DNA from: Tubulanus polymorphus
Taxonomy: Eukaryota > Animalia > Nemertea
NCBI RefSeq assembly: GCF_964204645.1
Contig: NC_134028.1
Span: 10,292,001 to 10,356,000, forward strand
Direction of reading: 5' to 3'
Length of the DNA stretch: 64,000 nt
Shown here: positions 35,463 through 48,585 of the stretch, in pieces
Layout: each line of letters starts with the position of its first letter
Numbering within the stretch: position 1 is the stretch's first letter
Program-made: the position numbers and the translations under genes
The notes under the pieces: generated by a model
Databases searched by the model: none
Told to the model about the DNA's origin: nothing
Seen by the model: the letters and a program-made list of their open reading frames with translations, nothing else

Positions 35463-35491
35463 TTATAATTCATATTTTTATTAAAATTTGA

Positions 35492-38400
35492 TTAACACGT
35501 TATAATCCTGTTCATTATTTCCTTCTCTTTTGTTTCGTCTCTTTTAAATCTTTAGTATTCATCTAAATTACAACCATAAGCAACTGTATGAATTCCATCA
35601 TCTAAACTATATCTTTTATCATCGAATGGGTTTAGACTTATCTTCTCTATCTCTTCAATAAACATTTCATGATCTTCAGATCTTAAACATCTCATCTTAT
35701 GTTTTCTAACTTCTTCTTTGAATATACAATTGATGTAATCTTTGAAATGAATATTCTTTTCTACGACACTTTTGGTAATTCCTTTTAACTTTTTAGCTTC
35801 ATGTTCTTTAGTTTTATATGAATACATTTTAGATCTAATACCAATGAATTCAATCATTTCATCACCTCCTAATTCATCCTTAAACTTCCCGGGAACTTTT
35901 TTATTATCATTGTTAAATAATTCATGATTTTTAGGATTACTAAAATTAAAATGATGTTTTAATGTTTTTAAATCATCAGTTATGTTATTAGTTTTTATCT
36001 TTAATATGTAAGAATCAGAATTTCTTCACCTCCTAAGTCATCTTTGAATTTACCAGGCACCTTTTTATTATCATTGCTAAACAGTTCATTATCTTTAGGA
36101 TAATTACTGAAATTGAAATGATGTTTTAATGTTTTTTAATCATCTGTTATGTTATTAGTTTTTATCTTTAATATGTAACTGTCAGTATCAAAATATAAGA
36201 TTTCTATATGTTTTTCTCCAAAATAAGGTTGTAATACGTTATAGTAAAATTTATACATTAATAACTTTGATAATTCTAAAACTGAAGCACCAACGTAAAT
36301 TGGTTTATTAAATTTCATTGAAGTTCTTCTCATTTTAACAGCGGCTAAACTTTCATCAAATATTTTGTTACCCATAAATTTAGGATATGTTTGTAAATGT
36401 CAATTCTTTTACCATTACTAACTAACTCAATATCATTTCTATTTCTAATATTTTCACAAGTCTTACCATAGAATGCATTATTCATTAACTTGAAGAAATC
36501 TTTTTCGAAATCAGTTTTAGCTTTAGTTCTCTGTTTGGTGTTAAAATCTATATATTTTTCTAACCATTTAGATTGACTAAATGAAATATATCTATGTACT
36601 TTTTTTAGGATCATTCCTTGTTTTAGATAAAACTTTAACATTCTATAATGTACTACATAATTATATTTATCTTCTTGAGTTACCATTAACTTTTCTGTAT
36701 GAATATGATTTTCGGGTTTAATTCTTTTTTGATAATTTGATAATTCTTCATGTGTTACAGTTTTATGTTCTGGACTGTAAGCTAGATTTCTAGATTTGAA
36801 TTTAATATGTTCAGGATATTCCAAGTCTACAACAAAGAAGTAACCAGTATCTGAATCATCTGCAATATCTAGAATTCTTTTCTTCCAATCAAATTTATCA
36901 TTATTTTCATGTTGTAAAACTTCACTTATTTCAAATACTCTATAAGGTTGTGGTTCCATCATTGCCCATCCATAAAGATTATTTACAACTATATATAATA
37001 ATTTATATCGAGGATTATCATTTACATTGAAATATCTATCGCCTAATACACCTGAAACTCCTCCTCTTATAGATTTTTCAAATAATAATAATTGATCTAT
37101 ATTTGTTAACAAATCCATTTGTATATCTGTAAATTTTAATCCACAATCCCAAGTTAATCCTGGTGATGAATAACAATGGCAAGGATCAATATTAAAATAT
37201 TTTAGATTTACATCTCTAAACCTTTCAAATATATCCGATAATAATAATACACCAGATTTTAAATATAAATCTACTAATTGTCCATGATTTGTTATTTTAA
37301 AATGATTCCAAATATTTAATGTTCTATTATAGAATTCATCTTTAACATATTCATTTTTTAATTCATCATAAAACTGTTCTTTTAATAATTCAGTTATATT
37401 GAAATCATTATGTGATTTATAAAATGAATATGGAATTGTGCCTTTATATCTCATTAATTGAAAATCATCATTATTTGGATAGTGTTGCTTTAATATTCTT
37501 AATTCATCATCAACTAATGATTCTGATAAATTATCTAATGAACTACCTAAAAATCTATATGAATCTATAAATCTTAGACACCCAAATTGGAATGATATAT
37601 AATTCTCAGATGATTTAGCTAACATTTTAAATTTATATGTTGGTATTTTATCTTTTGATTTATATGCTCTTTGCTCTTTCTATTTATGACATAGCTTTCA
37701 ATTATGAAATATTACTGGAACATCAAAGTTAATTTTCTTAGCTTGTAAGTTACAATTCTCATGCGCTGCGCCTCTAAACTTTCCATTCAAATGATCATGG
37801 TCTCTTACTTTTTTATCTTTTAGATTAAATGTCTTTTCACAATAATAACATTTATCAGCAAACTCAAATTCTTCTTTATCTTCTGTCATTATAATTTCTT
37901 TATTTGTATCTAATACTTTACTAAATTCGATTTCATACTCAATTAATAGGTCACAAAAATGATTGATAACATTTTCATTTCTATAATTATAATATTCACT
38001 TTTAATTAGTTCTGGATAATCAGATTTTATATATAACCCGAAAGCTGCAGCTGATTGATGAATCTTTTTAATAGTATTTGTTATTAGAGGATCTGAATAA
38101 TCAATTATATCATTTTCATTAGAATTTAATTTCTTTCTTTTATAGTATAGTTCTTTTCAATCTTGATCAGTTAATTCTTTATTTAATGATTCAAAATCTC
38201 CATATATTACAAATGGTATTTTATTCTTGTAATCATATTTTTTTAATTCTAATATTTTATCCTTTTCATTTGGTAAAACTATCTTACAATAATCATGATT
38301 ATCACATAATTGTTTAAGATTTAATAATGCACTTTCATTACTGAATTTAGTTATACATTTTCTACATAGATATATTTGATTTTGGTTATTTTCTGATTTA

Positions 38401-39641
38401 AAGTATGAATCGATTTGTTTAATCCACATATAATGATTCTCATAATATAATATATCTATAACATCATTTGAATCATAATCTTTTGATAGGTATAGAGGTT
38501 CTAATGTATAATGTTTTATATTGTTACCTTTTGTTTATGGTAATTTGAGTAAATCAAACACATTTATTTTTATATTATTATCTCTTTCTATTTTTGGGAT
38601 ATTTTTAAATTTAACTGGGTAATTATCTATCTTATAATCATTTTCAAATGGTTTATAATGTTTTAATCTAAACTATGTGTAATATCTTTTGTTGGATGTA
38701 AGCAACTTATAATTGTCCATAGAAAATATTTATCATCAAAATTTTGTACATTTATTACAGCATTAGTTTTAAATGGTAATTTGATATAACTTGATCCGTT
38801 TATACTATCATCTTTATAATATGATGAATTATTTTCATCAATTGGTTTCGATTTAGTTTACTTATTATATTTTGTGTTATAAACATGTGAAGTCATAAAT
38901 ATTATTTCATCGAATATTAAACCTGATCCTTCAAAATATTTCTCTGCTATTTTAGTTTTTACTTCATTATAACATTTATCTAATTTATCATCTATATGTT
39001 GTTTAGATATAATATGTTGTGAATGAGAATTTATATTATATATTGGTTTATCTTCAGATTTTATAAACTTTACTTTAGAAGATAATTTTAGGGTATTCAA
39101 CATCTGTAATTATTTTTATAATATTTTTCATATTTTCTGAATGTTTTTTATTTTCTTCTAATGTTTTTCCTTTATGAATTTTAAACTCAATAGCTGCTGG
39201 ACCAATATCACTTTTAAATGCTTCGGTTATCTCTATATCTTTTTTATCATCTAATGAATAAATATAATTTCTTACATCTTCCATGTATGGTCTTTTATTG
39301 TTTAATTTATTTCTTATTCTTTTAATTGTCTTATGTTTCTTATCATTGTCATTATCAAAATAATCCTCACCTAAAATATCATTATTCATATTTCTAATAT
39401 GACTTTTAGATTTTAAATGTTCATTATAATATCTTTTATCACTGAATGATTGATTACATGTATCACATTTGTATGTTTCTTTTTCATTCTTTAATTCATC
39501 TAATTTAGTTTCTAATATATCATCTTCATATTCTAATTTCAATTTATTCTCTAAATGTGTTTTAATTTTATTGTGTCTTGATTTTTGGGATTTATCTATA
39601 TTGATTCTACATGTTGATCAGTAGTACTTATTTGCTTCCAT
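35492..39641 (-). pseudogene. polB: Protein-primed DNA polymerase B (intein-less, fragmented, internal junction at ~36019)
   Basis: YGDFES, RDHDHLNG..RGAAH..CN, NNLYGWAM, KLMNNAFYGK, YFDTDS and PFDDKR. Confidence 0.95.
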
Positions 39642-40099
39642 TTTAATACTAATTTTTTTATTTTTTTATTGATTTTAGATGTTCAATGATTTAAATATGA
39701 ATTATTTCAATCACACTTTACTAACACTTTTAATGTTTAAAAATCTAACTCATACAAATATAAATATTGAAATATGTTTAAAATATATCTATATATCTAT
39801 TCTATAAGAGCTCGTACTCTCGTACTCTGATCTGAAAGCCTACTTTTCTAATTACTTATATATGTTATTCATTTATGTTTTATTCATGTATATGAATATT
39901 TTAAGAGTAATAGGGATAATAGGCTTTCATATCAAAGGTTGAGAGGTTGAGAAATTTTCCAAATGTTAAAATAATAATAATTTCTACTTGAATTAGGAGT
40001 GTACGCGACTAATTCAAGTAGAAATTATTGTTAGTTTCACATTTGGAAAATTTCTCGACCTTTCGACCTTTGGTATGAAAGCCTATTATCCCTATTACT
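39642..40099 (-). repeat. Orphan right TIR of a different subfamily with 194-bp terminal palindrome
   Basis: Ends CCCTATTACT at 40099; palindrome 39906-40099 with a different inner stem; followed by ~145 bp of non-viral DNA. Confidence 0.88.
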
Positions 40100-40244
40100 G
40101 ATACATATATAATTGGGTTTTGGAACAGTGTTAAAAGAGCACATACTGTCCATACATATTTGATTTATTGATCCACTTAAACTTTGTTTTCACAACATCC
40201 TCAACATACATTTGATCTTGTACAGGTAAAAAAGGTGGGATATG

Positions 40245-40671
40245 TAAATGCTTCAGTTATCTCTATTTCTTTTTTATTATCTAATGAATTAATATAATTT
40301 CTTACATCTTCCATGTATGGTCTTTTATTGTTTAATTTATTTTTTATTCTTTTAATTGTCTTCTGTTTCTTATCATTATCTTTATCAAAATAATCCTCAC
40401 CTAAAATATCATTATTCTTATTTCTAATATGACTTTTAGATTTTAAATGTTCTTTATAATATCTTTTATCACTGAATGATTGATTACACGTATCACATTT
40501 GTATGTTTCTTTTTCATTCTTTAATTCATCTAATTTAGTTTCTAATATATCATCTTTATATTTTAACTTTAATTTATTCTCTAAATGTGTTTTAGTTTTA
40601 TTGTGTCTTGCTTTTTGAGATTTATCTATATTGATTTTACATGTTGAACAGTAGTACTTATTTGTTTCCAT
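40245..40671 (-). pseudogene. polB: Second pPolB N-terminal fragment (Zn fingers)
   Basis: Near-duplicate of 39215-39641, truncated at 40245. Confidence 0.85.
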
Positions 40672-41418
40672 TTTAATACTAAATTTTTAATAAAATTGAT
40701 TTTAGAAGTTATTCATTTATATGTTATTCATATATATGAATATGAATTATTTCAATCACACTTTACTGACACTTTTAATGTTTAAAAATCTAACTCATAC
40801 AAATATAAATATTGAAATATGTTTAAAATATATCTATCTATCTATCTATCTATCAATCAAATCTATCTAGTCTATCTAGTCTATCTAGTCTATCTAGTCT
40901 ATCTAGTCTATCTAGTCTATCTAGTCTATCTAGTCTATCTAGTCTATCTAGTCTATCTAGTCTATCTAGTCTATCTAGTCTATCTAATCTATCTTATCTA
41001 TCTTATCTATCTAATCTATCTAATCTATCTAATCTATCTAATCTATCTAATCTATCTAATCTATCTAATCTATCTAATCTATCTTATCTATCTTATCTAT
41101 CTTATCTATCTTATCTATCTATCTATCTAATCTATCTATCTATCTATCTAATCTATCTATCTATAATAGCTCGACCTCCGACCTCTGGCTTGAAACCCAC
41201 AATTTCCTATTACTTATATGAAATTCATGTAAATTATGTTCATATATATGAATATTTTAAGAGTAATAGGGACAATAGGGGTTCATATCAAAGCTTGAAA
41301 GGTCGAGCACATAAAAAATGAAAAAATAAATTCGAGAGTGCGAGAATTTATTTTTTTTTTTATTTTTATGAGCTCGACCTTTCGACCTTTGGTATGAACC
41401 CCTATTATCCCTATTACT
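40672..41418 (-). repeat. Right TIR of B
   Basis: Inverted copy of 23004-23433; palindrome 41262-41418. Confidence 0.92.
40831..41164. repeat. TCTA-derived micro/minisatellite (TCTATCTAG / TCTATCTAA / TCTATCTTA)n
   Basis: Directly visible; absent from the left TIR. Confidence 0.95.
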
Positions 41419-41928
41419 ATCGTCCTATTTCACCTACATAGAATTTATCACATTTACCACAAGGTATTTTATAAACTCCGCAGTCAATAGTATTATCTTT
41501 AGGTTTATTGGAACTTAAGTTGTTGATAAGCTTATTATTATATTTGAAAACTACTCCAATATCACACGCGCCTAAAGGTTTTTTAAACCGACTAAAGGAA
41601 GGAATATATGGGACATGCCATATATTTGTTTGAAAAATGTTTCATCAAATTGGAAGAAAGAACTTCCGACACATAAGTCAATCAATTCAAAAATACAATT
41701 AACTGGCATATCTACACCAGAAAATCCATAGTGGGTCCAATAGGCACATTAGTAAATAAAGATATCGCATCAAACGAAATGAATTTACAGCCCTGAGGAT
41801 TATAATCTTTAAGTCTGTCCATAAGATCAGCACTATGTTTAAGATGTGATTCAGAAAACGTACCCAGTAATGGTGAAAATAGTTTAGCAAGGTATTTGGA
41901 TAGTTCATATGACGGCGAGTTCCGTGTA
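41419..41928 (-). mobile_element. Penelope-like copy 1, continuation (GIY-YIG N-terminus and deleted RT)
   Basis: Reverse complement of parts of 60278-61321 with internal deletions. Confidence 0.88.
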
Positions 41929-42381
41929 AGTAATAGGGATAATAGGGGTTCATACCAAAGGTCGAACAGTCGAGTCAGTAAAAAATTAAAATAAATCCTC
42001 GCAAGCTCGAATTTATTCTAATTTTTTACTCACTCGCCCCTTCAACCTTTTATATGAACCCCTATTATCCCTATTACTCTTAAAATATTCATGTTTTAAA
42101 AGTGAGAGTAAAATGTTAACAGAATAATCTAGAAAATAAGATCAAATATAGATTTCGAATGATAAAATATAATTTTCAACATAAAAAGGAACGAGGATTA
42201 ACGAGTAAAATAATTCATATTTAAAACATTAAATATTCATATTTATATTTATATGCGTTAGATTCTTATTTTTAAACATAAAAAGTGTGAGTAATTAACG
42301 AGAATAATTCATATTTAAAACAGCGAATATTTATATTTGAATAACTTCTAAAATCAATTTTAATAAAAAATTTATATTACA
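41929..42381 (+). repeat. Left TIR of C with 150-bp terminal palindrome (third variant)
   Basis: Palindrome 41929-42078; inverted match at 58595-59010. Confidence 0.88.
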
Positions 42382-42738
42382 ATGGAGAGTAGTAAACAAG
42401 TACACAGTGAGAACAACAAATCATTTCTAGATAGAATAAAAGATATCACAAATGCTAAATCTGTAGATTATAAATTTAAGAAGTTAAATGAACTAACAAT
42501 TCATAAGAAATATCTAATTACAAATATTGATACAGTTACTAACAAATACAGAGATAAATTAGTTATTCACTTAGAATATGAAGGATTAAAAGGAAATAAA
42601 TATTAATTTAAGAACATATTTACCAGATAGATTTCATAGATTATCCAGTGAAGATTTAGAAGAATTATGTTCAGGTGATTTCTATTTCATATATAAAGGT
42701 AAGAATGAAAAAGGGCACCATGAAATAGATTTCGAATA
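42382..42738 (+). pseudogene. Small conserved (putative OB-fold) protein
   Basis: Homologue of 35109-35462 with a frameshift near 42604. Confidence 0.65.
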
Positions 42739-42779
42739 AAATATGTAAAATCAATTTTAATAAAAAATTGGATATTAAA

Positions 42780-45700
42780 ATGGAAGCAAATAAGTACTAC
42801 TGTTTAACATGTAAAATTGATATAGATAAATCTCAAAAAGCAAGACACAAAAAAACTAAAACACATTTAGTGAACAAATTGAAATTAGAATATAAAGTTG
42901 ATATATTAGAAACTAAATTAGAAGAATTAAAGAATGAAAAAGAAACATACAAATGTGACACATGTAATCAATCATTCAGTAACAAAAGATATTACAAAGA
43001 ACATTTAAAATCTAAAAGTCATATTAGAAATATCAATAATGATATTTCAGGTGAAGAATATTTTGATAAATATAATGATAAGAAACAGAAGACAATTAAA
43101 AGACTAAAAAATAAAATAAACAATTAAAGACGATACATGGAAGATGTAAGAAATTAGATTTATGCATTAGATAATAAAAAAGAAATAGAAATTACTGAAG
43201 CATTCAAAAGTGATATTGGACCAGCTGCAATTGAGTTTAAATTTCATAAAGGCAAAACATTAGAAGAAAATAAAAAACATTTAGAAAATATGAAAAATAT
43301 TATAAAAATAATTACAGACGTAGAATATCCTAAAATGAGTATATCTTCTAATGTTAAATTTATAGAATCTGAAGATAAACCAATATATAATATAAATTCT
43401 CATTCACAACATATTATATCTAAACAACATATAGATGATAGATTAAATAAATGTTATAATGAAATAAAAAGTAAAATAGAAGAGAAATATTTTGAAGGAT
43501 CTGGTTTAATATTTGATGAAATAATATTTATGACTTAACATGTTTATAACACAAAATATAATAAGTTAACTAAATCAAAACCAATTGATGAAAATAATTT
43601 ATCATATTATAAAGATGATAATATAAATGGATCAAGTTATATTAAATTACCATTTTAAACTAATGCTGTAATAAATGTACACAATTCTGATGATAAATGT
43701 TTTCTATGGTCAATGATAAGTTGCTTACATCCAACAGAAGATATTATCCTGTTAGAATTAAAAATATCCCAAAAATAGAAAGAGATAATAATATAAAGAT
43801 AAATGTGTTTGATTTAGTCAAATTGCAAAAAACAAAAGGTAATAAAATTGAACGTTTTACATTAGAACCTTTATACATATCAAAAGATTATGATTCAAAT
43901 GATGTTATAGATATATTATATTATGTAAATCATTATATGTGGATTAAACAAATAGATTTATTTTTTAGAACAGATAATAATCACAATAAAATATATCTAT
44001 GTAGAAAATGTATAACTAAATTCAGTAATGAAAGGGCATTATTAAATCATAAACAATTATGTGAAAATCATGATTATTGTAAAATATTTTACCAAATGAA
44101 AAGGATAAAATATTAGAATTCAAAAAAATATAATTACAAGAATAAAGTACCATTTGTTATATATGGAGATTTTGAAACATTAAATAAAGAATTAACTGAT
44201 CAAGATAGAAAAGAAATATATCATAAATGAAAGAAATTAAATTCTGGTGAAAATGATATAATTGATTATTCAGATCCTCTACTAACAAATACTATTAAAA
44301 AGATCCATCAATCAGCTGCAGCTTTTGGATTATATATATAATCTGATTATCCAGAACTAATTGAAAGTGAATATTATCATTACAGAAATGAAAATGTTAT
44401 CAATCATTTTTGTGACTTGTTAATTGACTATGAAATCAAATTTAGTAAACTATTAGATACAAATAAAGAAATAATTATGACAGAAGAAGATAAAGAAGAA
44501 TTTGAGTTTGCAGATAAATGTTATTATTGTGAAAAGATATTTAATTATAAAAAAGTAAGAGACCATGATCATTTGAATGGAAAGTTTAGAGGCGCAGCGC
44601 ATGAGAATTGTAACTTACAAGCTAAGAGAATTAACTTTGTTCCAGTTATATTTCATAATTTATCAGGGTATGATGCACATTTATTCATCAAGCAACTGTG
44701 CGATGAAAAAGAAGAAATCAATAATGAAATAGAAAGAGTAAATTCATATATATCAAAAGATGTTGCTAAAATACCAACTGATAAATTTAAAATGTTAGCT
44801 AAAACATCTGAGAATTATATATCTTTCCAATTTGGATGCCGAAGATTTATAGATTCATATAGATTTTTAGGTAGTTCATTAGATAATTTATCAAAATCAT
44901 TAGTTGATGATGAATTGAAAATATCAAAGCAACACTATCCAAATAATGATGATTTTCAATTAATGAGATATAAAGGTGCAATTCCATATTCATTTTATAA
45001 ATCACATAATGATTTTAACATAACTGAATTATTAAAAGAACAATTCTATGACGAATTAAAAAATGAATATGTTAAAGATGAAGTCTATAATAGAACATTG
45101 AATATTTGGAATCATTTCAAAATAGAAAATCATGGACAATTAGTAGATTTATATTTAAAATCAGATGTATTATTATTAACTGATATATTTGAAAGGTTAA
45201 GAGATGTAAATCTAAAATATTTCAATATTGATCCTTGCCACTGTTATTCATCACTAGGATTAACTTGGGATTGTGGATTAAAATTTACAGATATAAAAAT
45301 GGATTTGTTAACAAATATGGATCAATTATCATTATTTGAAAAAAATCTATAAGAGCAGGAGTTTCGGGTGTATTAGGTGATAGATATTTCAATGTAAATG
45401 ATAACCCTGGATATAAGTTATTATATATCGATGCAAATAATCTATATGGTTGGGCAATGATGGAACCTCAACCTTATGGAGTATTTGAAATAACTGAAGT
45501 TTTACAACATGAAAATAATGATAAATTTGATTGGAAGAAAAGAATTCTAGGTATTGCAGATGATTCAGAGACTGGATACTTTTTCGTTGTAGACTTGGAA
45601 TATCCTGAAGATAAAAAAGAAGAATTATCAAGTTACCAAAAAAGAATTAAACTTGAAAATCATATTCATACGGAAAAGTTAATGGTAACTCAAGAAGATA

Positions 45701-46718
45701 AATATAATTATGTAGTACATTATAGAATTTTAAAATTCTATTTGAATCAAGGAATGGTTCTAAAAAAAGTACATAGATATATTTCATTCAGTCAATCTAA
45801 ATTGTTAGAAAAATATATAGATTTTAACACCAAACAGAGAACTAAAGCTAAAACTGATTTCGAAAAAGATTTCTTCAAGTTAATGAATAATGCATTCTAT
45901 GGTAAGACTTGTGAAAATATTAGAAATAGAAATGATATTGAGTTAGTCAGTAATGGTAAGAGAATTAGGCATTTACAAACATATCCTAAAATATATTTAT
46001 TGGTAACAAAATATTTGATAACAATTTAGCTGCAGTTAAAATGAGGAGAACTTCTATGAAATTTAATAAACCAATTTATGTTGGTGCTTCAGTTTTAGAA
46101 ATATCAAAATTATTAATGTATGAATTTTACTAAAACGTATTACAACCTCATTTTGGAGAAAAGCATATTGAAATCTTATATTTTGATACTGACAGTTACA
46201 TATTAAAGATAAATACTAATAACATAACAGATGATTAAAAAACATTAAAACATCATTTCAATTTCAGTAATTATCCTAAAGATAATGAACTGTTTAGCAA
46301 TGATAATAAAAAGGTGCCTGGTAAATTCAAAGATGACTTAGGAGGTGAAGAAATGATAGAGTTCATTGGAATTCGATCTAAAATGTATAGTTATAGAACT
46401 AAGGAACATGAAGCCAAAAAGTTAAAAGGAATTACCAAAAGCGTAGTAGAAAAGAATATTCATTTCAAAGATTACATCAATTGCATATTGAATGAAGAAG
46501 TTAGAAAACGTAAGATGAAATGTTTAAGATCTGAAGATCACGAGATGTTTATTGAAGAGATAGAGAAGGTTAGTTTAAATATTTTCGATGATAAAAGATA
46601 TGTTTTAGATGATGGAATTCATACAGTTGCTTATGGTTGCAATTTAGAAGAATATCTAAAATTTAAAAGAGAAGAAACAAAAGAGAATGAGATTATGAAC
46701 AGGAATCTAGCGTGTTAA
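42780..46718 (+). pseudogene. polB: Protein-primed DNA polymerase B (intein-less, fragmented)
   Basis: All PolB motifs, including an uninterrupted YFDTDS at ~46178-46196. Confidence 0.95.
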
Positions 46719-46747
46719 TTCAATTTAAATTAAAATATGTATCATAA

Positions 46748-47475
46748 ATGGAGTCAGAACAATCACAAACTATCAATATTACAAATAGTGTTGTTAATAT
46801 TTATCATAAGAAATGTTGTATATGTGAATTGAATAAATCATTAGCAGAATTTAATAAAGATAAAAAGAATAAATATGGTAAGCAAAGTTATTGTAAAAGT
46901 TATAATAAACTATAAAGTAAACAATATCGAGCAAATAATCCAGAAAAATGTAAAGAAAAAGATAAACAATGGAGAGAAAATCATCCAGATTATATGACAG
47001 AATACGTGAGACAATGGCGAACAGATAATCGAGAATATCATAATAAACATAAAAAAAATTATCAAAAAGAAAGATGTCAAACAGATTTTAATTTTAAATT
47101 GAAACAATGTTTAAGTTCAAGATTATCACATTTATTCAGTAAAGAAACACATTCAGAAACACTATCTAATTCGTTGGGTTGTACAGATAAATTTCTCAAA
47201 TCATGGATTATATATCAGTTCAATGAAAAAATGAATATGAATAATCATGGAGATTATTTTCATATTGATCATGTGTTGCCGATTTCTAAATTTAACATGA
47301 ATGATGAACACAATCAGAAATTAATCTGGAATTGGAAAAAATTAAGACCTCTTGAAAAGAAGGAAAATATTAGGAAAGGAAATAAACTAGATATGAAATT
47401 ATATTTGGATCAGCTGTGTAAAGCAAAGAAATTTGTTGAATTATGGAATAGTGATCCAAATAATGGAAAAAACGA
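46748..47475 (+). pseudogene. HNH-type endonuclease
   Basis: FHIDHVLP...WNWKKLRPL..EN..K; homologue of 23434-24102. Confidence 0.75.
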
Positions 47476-48333
47476 TCGATCAAACAGGTGCCAGCCATTT
47501 AATGTGTTATGTTTATATGTGGATAGCTAGCAGTTAGATATATAAGCACGCAGTACATACACACAGGATACACACAGGATTCTCGTGATTAAAAGGAATA
47601 TTTCAGTGTTTTTAAGGTAAGTTTTAGCAAAACCACCCGACCTAAATCGCAGAGTTTTTAGGGGATTAGCATCCCGTTATTGAGAGGCGCCACGAGATAC
47701 TTATCCCCAAGCATTTCTAATTTAACCCCTGTGACCCACGCCTCACCAATTCTCCTTCAATGGTTGACAGGAAACACATTTTATTTAAGGCGCCTAATGC
47801 ATTTCCTATCAACCCCTTACCCCCGAAGAGAGGATCGAAAGTCGAAACTGAAGGAGAACCACGGAGGGTGGACAAAGGTGCATTTTCGAAATGCCCCTGT
47901 AAGCCAGGCCCGGCAGCACTCCAGTGGTGGAATGAATTGCATTATATACTAAGCTAAAACACTGAAATAAATATAAACGGTGTTTACGTTATTTGAAATT
48001 ATAAATTATTCCGAATGAAAAGAATATAGGAATGAAAACTGATGAATGAATTATGGATTTTTAACTTAATTATGATCTAATCTTTAATCAAATTAGTAAT
48101 CAATTACCCATGTTAATTGAATATTGAATTCAAATTTTCATTTTAGTATCACACTCAGTGCTGCCGTCTTTCAACGTAATAATTAACGTCTGTAATACAA
48201 CATTCAAGTAAAACAATAGCTTAACTAACTCTAATTATTAACTAGATTTGATATCAAGGATCCGAAATGACTTATCTGGACAGTTATTTTAACTGCTCCT
48301 AATAGATAGACAATAGTAGTGAGATATCGAATC
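47476..48333. other. Non-viral insertion in C, containing a ~380-bp TIR-bounded GC-richer element (~47599-47978)
   Basis: No counterpart in B between HNH and the next gene; TATTTCAGTGTTTT...AAAACACTGAAATA inverted ends. Confidence 0.55.
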
Positions 48334-48585
48334 CTAATTCAAATAAAATATATTAAAAATTACATATCTTCAACTAGCCATTATTTCTGTTTTAATTTTT
48401 TTCAAAATCTATTATTTCTTTTCAAAGGGGGAATACTTTATATCACAAATAAAAAAAAACTAAAAAAACAATAACTAATACTAGAATTCTTTAACTTAAC
48501 TAAGCTAGTATTAACCTAAAGAGTTATTAGCATCATTTGAAGAATAAGTATAATATTTTTTTTTTCGCTTTTTTCTCTAATATAA

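Larger units (their letters stand above)
23004..41418. mobile_element. Polinton/Maverick-like endogenous virus B, both ends present (18.4 kb), chimeric
   Basis: AGT...ACT termini and ~430-bp TIRs; 6-bp TSD ATCGTC at 22998-23003 and 41419-41424; the empty site is visible in Penelope copy 2; INT, ATPase, MCP, penton and pPolB present. Confidence 0.95.

Noticed and set aside
40819-41130. 103-aa ORF of YLV/YLI repeats
   Set aside because: It is a translation of the TCTA-derived satellite inside the TIR.
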